NCBI RefSeq assembly: GCF_037042905.1
Contig: NC_087245.1
Location: 21,206,001 to 21,266,000 of the forward strand
DNA from: Lytechinus pictus
Taxonomy: Eukaryota
Reading direction: 5' to 3'
DNA length: 60,000 bases
The notes under the pieces were generated by a model. That model was not told where the DNA came from, ran no database searches, and saw nothing but the letters and a program-made list of their open reading frames with translations. Made by a program: the position numbers and the translations under genes. Shown piece by piece: positions 51,201 through 60,000 of the stretch (positions are counted from its first letter, which is position 1; each line of letters starts with the position of its first letter).

Positions 51201-54200
51201 TTATAAGAGACTTATAGTTTGATTTTTTTTTAGCTTGCAGTTTTGAAAAATGAAGGCTTATAAACGTGGGTATATCAACTCTGTCTTAAAATGAAATATG
51301 GCAACAAAGGGGCACATAAGCATATTGCTTTACGTCTCAACATCCAAGTAAAGTAGATTGATAACAGCGTCACTGCATTTTCAGCAAAAAAGGGTACGTT
51401 ACACTTTTACTGATCTCGAACTTTCACCTATTTCTCCCTCTTTCAATGACATTCTTCAGTGATTTTCTTTTTCTTACTGAAATAAAGAAGGTCTCAATAT
51501 AGCATTCCCTGGGGTAATCGAGGTGGTCAATTGTTGAAAAGTTCCCCACCTTTGGAACGATCCCCTATCTCCCACACCCCAAGCCTATTTTTACAGTCGT
51601 GCACGGGGAATCTATAACAGATTCGATACCAGAATAGCAGTTAGAAATCCACCTCCCTGACCAGGAATTAACTTCGACACCCAACGGAACCATGTGTCGT
51701 CGACTCCGTTCTTTCAGTCCCATACGTAAGAAAAAGTGTAAGTGACCATTTTTGGATTAAGCCGTTTGTCAGCAGGATGTATGAATATGATTTCAGTGCG
51801 TTGCGAGTGCCGGTGGTATATGTTGCTTGCGGGGTGTATACAGGTGTGCGTTCCTGTCAAATACACGGATGTGCGGCGACTCTAATGAACGACGTGTTAT
51901 GAATTCTGTATCAACACTAGTTTGGTTTTAAAAGGACATCGGTACAAAAATATCCATCTGATCAACTTTCCCTGCATCAAAGCTGGTCTCTACATGAGTC
52001 ACTTTCGTGAATATGAAATGTCAGGCCTACAGAGGAAATGATAAACGAAGCAGACGAAAATTGTGTTGTTATCCTAGCTTAGTAACCTTACGAAGCAACT
52101 TAATTTGCCAATAATTAAAAGACCAACACCCATTCAACATGGTATCATGCCAATCCTTAATTACGATAGCTGCGAGAGCAGCGTGTGACGTCAACTTGAT
52201 TTAAAATCTTCGTAAATTGAATTTGACAAGGCCAATGATAATATTGGGGATTATGGATTGATGTGTATACCAGGCGCAATAGAATAGAATAAGCTAATAA
52301 TGACTCCTCCCTTGGCCCTTCACTGCTTATCGGTGATTCATGTTATCATCCAAAGACATAGATTTTGGCCGCCAACTAAACAAAGTCTGGATTTAATTTG
52401 AATACTTTTACGATTTAACCAAGCCTGTCTGCATTTAATCCACACACATTTGATACATCTGCCAGCTACCACTCCACTTAATTCATTTTTGCTAATTACC
52501 AAGATAATACGGCTGGTAAAAGACTTAAATGAAATATGGGCGCGAAGTTGGCGCCATTTCCTCGATCACACCTGAGACAAAGTAACCATAGTAGACATAT
52601 AGGTCTTAGCATCTTTCTTAGGAGAGCTAATTAATCGCATACAGTTCACAAACCCTTATCCCTCATCTTGTTTTAGAATCCGTGTACGTCTAACACTTGC
52701 TCTAGTACCATTGCAACCAGAAAGGCAAGGAATCACCAAACTTGTAGGGCCTACCCATTTGGAGCATATCACACCCCAAACAGGATACACTTTCATTTTC
52801 ATTTTTGTCAGTGTTCTCTAGGGGTAAGATACATCCAAGTTGAACCCCCATGGTGACGCATTCCAGCCCAGAAACAAACTCGATATCCCTCTCCTCTGTG
52901 ACGTGGTAATCCACCCCTTGTAAAACCCTTTCCGATCCGTGATTCGATACCACTTTTCCTCATTTCACCAAATTTGATACCCTCCGATGTAGCACTCGTC
53001 TCGTCGGCTCTTTGAACTCCCAAGTTCAAAACCCGACCAAACTCTTTAAATCCCTCTGAAAACATTGACCAAAGTGGCTTCAAGTCGAGGGTTTGAAAAG
53101 TACAATAGACGTGCAACCATCATTGATCTATGAGCTTAAAGTGGATCATGTGTGCAAGCAAAACCTTTTGACACCGTTATGATGTTCATTTCATGTTCTC
53201 CATGGGAACGCTTCCTCAATGTTATACTTGGATCAGTTACCCGAATATGCTAAATGTAAATGATTATAAACCATATCACCCATTCGTTTTTAAGTAAAAC
53301 TATTTTACTTGAGTATTCGATCTGATGATCATGATGATAAAATCAATTTCTTATTCGACGTTCTCAACGTATTCAGAATAATTAATAATAATAATAATTT
53401 ACAAGTACATCATCTTTACAACATGTCTACAAGGTGTGATTAATAAAAGTCTTAGAACACACCATATATATCACATTATTGATTCACAAAATAATAAGTT
53501 AATCTAAGTAAAATTAAACAAAAGTATCATTAATACTACCAGGAAACAGAATTGGTAAACTGTTCCACGTAAATAATCAACTTCAATTTTGAATTTAAAG
53601 ATATTACAACACGTCGTCGGAAATTTATTCAAGAAGTTCATATCTTTCATTGATAGTCGACTTTTTAGACAATTGTTGTTTCTAGGCTCATTAGACCATT
53701 TAAAGCTTTATCTGCTGCTTGTGCCACGCAATAAGCAAGTTAACGCAGGAATTCGTCTATGCGTGACACTCGAAAGTCATAAAACAAATTGTTGACCATA
53801 TTTTCGTCGCCGAGTGTGATTCATATCAGTGGGGGTTTTTCTTCTCAAAATAATTATTGCTCTACCGCATAATACACTGACACAATTTTAAAGAGATATT
53901 GAACTATGTTTCCTGAGATCGTAAAATAAAACACAAGAGTTTCTTTTAATTATGACCAACTTGTTTGACATGTGTTATGAAATGGCAATAGGGGTAGACA
54001 TTGTGTAACGACCATATATCTTTCAAAATATGGAAATCGGAAAATGAATGCAAGATTAATGACCTTGTTGATTGGCCTTTGTAAAATAAAATAAAGATAT
54101 CAAGAAATGGAGCTAGCGAAATAAACATGGAAAAATTTGATAAACTGAATTAAAAACATCGGAAGCAAATACGAAATTCAAACGAAAGCCGACGCAACAC

Positions 54201-56337
54201 ACATGGAGATGGAAAGATTTAAATGTTGAGCTGTTTCAGATCTACGGTCTATTCGCCATTATGTATCCATAGGGGTCCCATATCTGTCACTTTAGAGGAC
54301 ATCCATGTTTCAGGGTTTATATAAAGACTATTCACCTTGCTGACTTGATAGTCAACAGGTTTCAAGCATTAGCCATCAGATGGATATAACGAAATTATTA
54401 ACGATTTCATCGTTTGATATTGCCACGTGAGAGGACTTGCTCTATCATAAGTTTTGAAAGATATCAATGATCCTTTGATATTCTTAAAAACTTTACATCT
54501 TAGGTTTCGAATGAGAACTGGGAATGGAAATGGTATTTCAATATCTCATCCCTAAAAATCACCAACCAGGATGAAAAAGATGAATTAAAATCTGATGAAG
54601 ATATACATTTTGGAGCTTACCGAATATCGCAAGTCACTACCGAACTTTATGAAATTAAAAAAAAAAGATCCAACTCCTGTTTAACCACGAAATTAATTTC
54701 TCACTTTTCTATCGACCCGCTGTGAGATGTAAAACATAATTGGAAAATATTTAAGAACAAGCTTAATCCTCGAGTGCAATTTCAAACATGACGATATCTT
54801 CGTAGAAAAGGTGTCAGAAGTGCAATAAATGCCATATATCATGCGGTTGAGAGGGCCATAAATTGTCTTGATTGTGGCAAGTCATGAGGGTACATATATC
54901 GAACTGGAAGGATGTCGGGACAATACTACCACTCTGGTCGTTAAAATAGTTCAAGTACTTTACAGGAAATATTCCATAATAACTGCCTCTCTGTACAAGG
55001 CCACTGTAAGGAAAGAAGGGAGAGAAATGTGATTAATTGCCCCCCTCCTTGGTTTTGCGGGAAGGGGGTTGAAAAGGGGATGATTTACGACAAATGATTC
55101 TTTCCGTTCTTACCCGGTATTTGTCAGATTTTTACAAGTTCATTGTGTTCAAGTTATTGTGAGTGAAATCAGAGCTATAGATGTTGCAGCCAATAATCGT
55201 CTGCTAGTATGATGAGTTTAGTTCAGACCATAGAAACTGTTTTCAACCCTCCTCCCAAATTTTCATCGTATGGATGTCATTATAATTTTCTGGTTGTTGA
55301 CCTTATAATGATAAAAAACATTTATTTATATCGAAGTATTTAAAAAAATAACTTGAAAATTGATAATTAGGGTACAGGTGGTTTAACAATAGCATGCAAT
55401 TATTTCTGTTATAACCTGTGAACGATTGGAAGATATAAACCGAAAAAAAGTGATTGCTTCACAGAAAACCATGACTGAAAATTTTCAGCTCCTCTCAATG
55501 ACAGTAATTGAGTTGGATGTGAAATGCACGTGCATGTAAATCTAATACTCGGTACGTTCTAATGAAATAATTTTTTTCTTAGGTAATCGTACCTTCGTTA
55601 TTAGGCAAATGTGAAAAAGATCTCTTTCGCATCTTTTCATGTGCATGCACTGAGAGACTCTTAGCCATTTGAGTTCACTTGTTTTCCTTTCACAAGCTGA
55701 ACATTCAACATATTCAATTTCTTGTCCTTTGCAATGAGTGTGTGCGGGATATGAGGGAGGGTCCATGTGCGTGTGCACTGTGGGTGTCCGCATCCATTCC
55801 GCACCTTGTTGCCATACGTCTTCTGCATCGCTCCTGTCTTTGATAATCTTGTCATGTCTTTTCTTGTAAACGACTAATCTATGCCATGTATCACCACTTT
55901 TCTAGAGCATTGTTGTCTGTGTTTTCCCCTCCCCTTTTTATCTCTATCGCATGCTTTGGAACATTTGGCGGAAACCAGCAATTCCCTCACGAATCGGCCG
56001 ATGGCTCGAGGTGAAGGGACGACTTTCAACCCTAAAACCTAAGAGGACATTGTCCTCCTTTTTGCTTTCTCATCATCAAATCATCCAAATCAAGAGCAGA
56101 ATATCAATAATGATAATCCCATAGAACACAAAGATGTATAATATGTAGATAGGGATATATCTCTTTAATCTTTTCCCTTTGAAATATAAAAGTAGGCTCT
56201 ATGTTAAACGAAGTCCCTCGAAAATTCTAAGAAATCTGTTTCAGAAATCTAGCGCTTATTACACTTATTGCACTATATCAACATAATTACATCATTTACA
56301 AGAATGGAATGATTATGACAAAAGACGATACATTCAA

Positions 56338-56404
56338 TAATATGCAGCGCTTAGAAACATTTGCAGTAAGCACTATAAAAATGTTGCAAATTGTTATTAT
56401 CATT
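56338..56404 (+). mobile_element. Short L2-type LINE 3' terminus
   Basis: TGCAGCGCTTAGAAACA..TAAGCACTATAAAAATGTT..TTATTATCATT resembles the L2 terminal hairpin plus (TTA)n tail. Confidence 0.45.
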
Positions 56405-56593
56405 TGGGTGCGAAATTAGGAAAAACAAAAAGACGGGAATTACTTTATTTTACCCATCACAATTTTTTTTGCTCTTAATTTTGTTGTTTATTTCATTGTA
56501 GTATGAACGACCCAGATTGTTTCAGGACACGGGTTAATCATACAAAAGTATAATGTCTATCACTCTGTCGGCGCAAACAGGTTCAGAACATAC

Positions 56594-56897
56594 CTTACAT
56601 CCATCAACTATCACGTCATATAAATGAGTCACTTTGAACTCCAAGAAGCTGATGATGTAAGTGTACATGGACACAGCTTCACCTGGTGACAAAATGTAGA
56701 GGAAGTTGAAGACCGTTGGGAATGGCTTCTTGCCCTTCGTCACGTTATGGAGGTCGCGGTTGCTACGGGAATAAACCTGGACAACTTCAAGGTACATTTA
56801 CAAGTTTTGATTGCGTGAACGAAATTGTGGCAGGAGGAGGTCTTCTATCCGATGAAGTTTCAAGTTATCAGCTTGGAGTATAGGTCTGTATCAGAAC
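56594..56897 (-). other. Orphan exon-like segment (304 nt)
   Basis: Acceptor ctctttatttag|G and donor AAG|gtatgt bound a more GC-rich segment. All three frames have early stops, but ATG at 56797 is open to the donor (68 codons). Confidence 0.3.
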
Positions 56898-59800
56898 CTA
56901 AATAAAGAGCCAACGAGGATCAAGAAATGATAAACATAGGTAACTTTTGATTTAATAAAAGTATCCGATTGCCGAAGTTATATGTTTTCATAAGCAACAC
57001 CTATATTCCGTCCAACTATTGTGTTTCAAGTTGAAGAAGTGCTGTTTATACTAATGTCATACGTCAGGTAGGCACAATGCGGTCCAAACATCGATTAAAG
57101 TAGCTTGAATACCGCCTTCAAAATAGCTTCAGGTGGGAAAGAACCATAAATATGGCCTGAATGCAGCGATGTAAGGCCTAAAACAACTGTTAGAAATTAT
57201 GATGTAGATATAATGATGCCAACTGCCCTAAAAAGAGTTCTGTCAAAGTTCATCTAAAGGAGCCCACCAGTAATATAATTATTATATTTATAAATTCGAA
57301 TTGTGGCAATAGATAAAGCTCCTATACATGCTCCTTTATATTTTACTTCTACACCCTATCTCTTAGCTTGCAAGGGTTGACAATTCGGAAATATCAAATC
57401 TTGAAGAGGGAAATTGTTCCTCGTTTGCTGACAGACGACCAAACTTGGCGCGAGAGTTCGTCCAAACGGGAGCATAAAGAAATTTGTCAACAGCTATCCG
57501 CTAGAGGGGTTACTTAAAGTCCTTGTTAAAGGATTGGTCATATTCCATGTTTAATTACGTGAGTAAACTTGCAGTATACTATTAGTTCTGATACAATATT
57601 CGAAGAGCGTATGTACTTGACAATCTTGAATGAATTTGTCCCAGTATTTATTGTACTGTTAAAGACTATTGAGAAATAACACTGGATATCCACTCGGAGG
57701 CATAACTAAGTAATAAGGTTCAACGCAACAAACAGAAAATGTGATTATTATTATCATTGTCATCATAATGCCGATTGTACACAGGGATAATAATTGAAGG
57801 ACTAATATCGCATCAATAATAGTCACCTTTGTTATAAAAAATACTGAAGTTTCCGACTGATCTTTTTATTAGTTGCTTATTCGGTGGCGGTGAAAACAAA
57901 TATTAAAATTTAAGATTCAAAGGACCACATGCAATCTAAATGGTAATTCGATTAGATATCAATAAACATAAACATAATTCTTCTGAAGTAGATAATTAAT
58001 GATAATGAAGATTAATAACAAAGGAACATGAATCGATGTTAATTTCTACATCTGTTCGAAACAGTATGCCTAATCCCTAATTCTAAAAAAGACATGCACA
58101 CTGCAGTCACTAACCCTTTAAGCTTTATAAGGATTTCTTTCTCCAAAGACCTTTTTTAATCATTGAAATTTAGATGTCACTTGTAATAACGTTCTAGGAT
58201 CCAAATAGAATTCTCAAAACTGAAGAAAAAAAAATACTTATTGAGATGTGTGGTGAATTAACTGGTCACCAATCATTGGTGTGTATCGAACCTTTACATG
58301 GTATTTTGAAATAGTTTATTGGTTATAATACCTTTGGACAATTGCAGTCTAAATAATGGACGTTACACATTAAGAGGAAGAATTGTGAAAATCCAGGTGG
58401 ATACGATCGTAAAAATCACACCTGAACGGCAGAACAAATATTCCGATGTAGGAGTTGATAGCAATCCTGGTTTTCGCCAAGGCCTTTTGGATACGAGTGT
58501 CCAATCAACTGCGATTCGCGGTACCAACAAACAAAAGAAATCGACTTTTCTCTTGGAGGGGGAAAGAGTGGAGACATGGTATAATTGTAGATTTAATTCC
58601 CAAGATTAGTCATAAAGATCAATCCATCCGTATGATTCGATCCTTTGTTCCTTATGACCCATAGAATTATAGCTTTATGATTATTTTTCTAGCAAACGCG
58701 AGGAATTCAGCCCCTCAATGCTAAGCATTTCCATTCATATTTGTGTAATACCACAAGGTTGCGGTGAGACCCAGTCGGATCAAGAATTCATGGCAAATAT
58801 CATTCCAAATTTTAATAATAGTTCGTCAATAATTTTGATTTCAAACGTGACTGTTGGCCCTGTAATTGATGGTGATAATAACACACGAGCAATTAAATAC
58901 CGTTGAGTAATATACAGTATTCCAACCGCGTTTCCTGTGAAGAATAACGAAAAATGTAATTACTATGATATTATTTCCCTCTTCGTTTTGGATAAAGGTA
59001 GGCTTACAAGCGAGTCGGAAATGTTCGAAGCCGTACAACTTGACAGTAACGATGACGTTACGAGGATTCATTTTGGCGGGACATATTTGAAGAGTGTTAT
59101 TAGATAATTGAATCATCGAGGTGAGGCCAGAGATTATATACATGTAATCTAGGCCACCTAGCTACACCACCATGACCAACATGACCCAAACAGCTCTTGT
59201 ACCCAATCATTGTGCGTGTCTGTTAGGTTGATGATCCTTATGTTATATGGCTATAGGTTTGTCTTCCTTAGAAATACATCGGTTCAAATCTTTTGATACG
59301 TTGATGTTGGATAATCATAGTGATTTGATAATCTATCGACGGCTGTCTATAAATAAGCGAAAGTGACAACCTCCGCGCACAAAAAAACACGACCCCAAAC
59401 GGATAAAACATAAAGTTTAAGAAAAATCGTTATTCTAGATATTCGTGTTACTTGGTACCAACATGAGTAGCATCCACGGTCATGACGGTAGGCAGGTAGT
59501 GAGTGACTTCAACAGAACTCGCTGCGCAATGACACAAAAAGATGGCAGTGTATATGTCAATTGTCTTTGATGACAGAAATATGCTCTAAATTCACCAAAA
59601 TCAGTCGTTGAGATCATCAAGATATTTTCATATTCCATATCTCTGTCAGAGAAACCGTAACGTCTGTCAACTAACGTGATAAACGAACCAACTAAGCAGG
59701 CTTTTCCTACGGATCATACGAACGGCTGCGATAGATCATCAGACAACGGTGTTATTCGAATGAAAATAGAAAGTCAGCAAAATCCTCATCATCCTCATGA

Positions 59801-60000
59801 TGTGACGAATTCGAGCCCCCGAGAAAACCACTTCGGTTATGATTCTCAAAATCGCGAAAATTAATTTATTTGACCCAAACCTGAACTACTATTCATAATC
59901 ACGACATTTCCAGTTTCGTGTACAAGAATAGCTTGGGAGATAGTGAAGTCATTGAAAGCGCGTACTTGTATATCACATGTATCGGAGTCGTCGGGTTTGT

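Noticed and set aside
11296..52193. Four CRE palindromes TGACGTCA (11296, 37446, 43236, 52186)
   Set aside because: Two lie inside transposons and the rest are dispersed; not enough for a regulatory call.
52702..53116. Two overlapping minus-strand ORFs, one ending FWLQ-TG|gtacta
   Set aside because: No recognisable domain, no hydrophobic signal sequence, weak donor.
19700..54500. TCF/LEF-like ATCAAAG sites suggesting Wnt autoregulation (e.g. ~33889, 41713, 50033)
   Set aside because: About a dozen are expected by chance in 60 kb at this base composition, and they are not clustered.

Overview
AT-rich animal genomic DNA. The repeat repertoire suggests an echinoderm, probably a sea urchin (inference, no database check). 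The only clearly recognisable host gene is a minus-strand Wnt3 orthologue. Three coding exons (16849-16611, 16134-15848, 15332-14853) splice in frame through canonical GT-AG sites into a ~335-aa mature Wnt. The signal-peptide exon could not be placed with confidence. An intact 1036-aa endonuclease/reverse-transcriptase ORF2 of a CR1/L2-group LINE lies at 32334-29224; its 3'UTR and tail are present but ORF1 is not. The rest is non-coding DNA packed with often nested non-autonomous DNA transposons (Harbinger-like, hAT-like, Kolobok-like, CACTA-like, Crypton-like), LINE 3' fragments, microsatellites and a few orphan exon- or promoter-like segments. The most notable structural signal is a 3'UTR stem-loop shared by four different LINE 3' ends, where the outer stem sequence changes completely but pairing and an inner ACAAGC-nnn-GCTT motif are kept. 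I found no CRISPR array, no RNA genes, and nothing I can support as a wholly new biological system.
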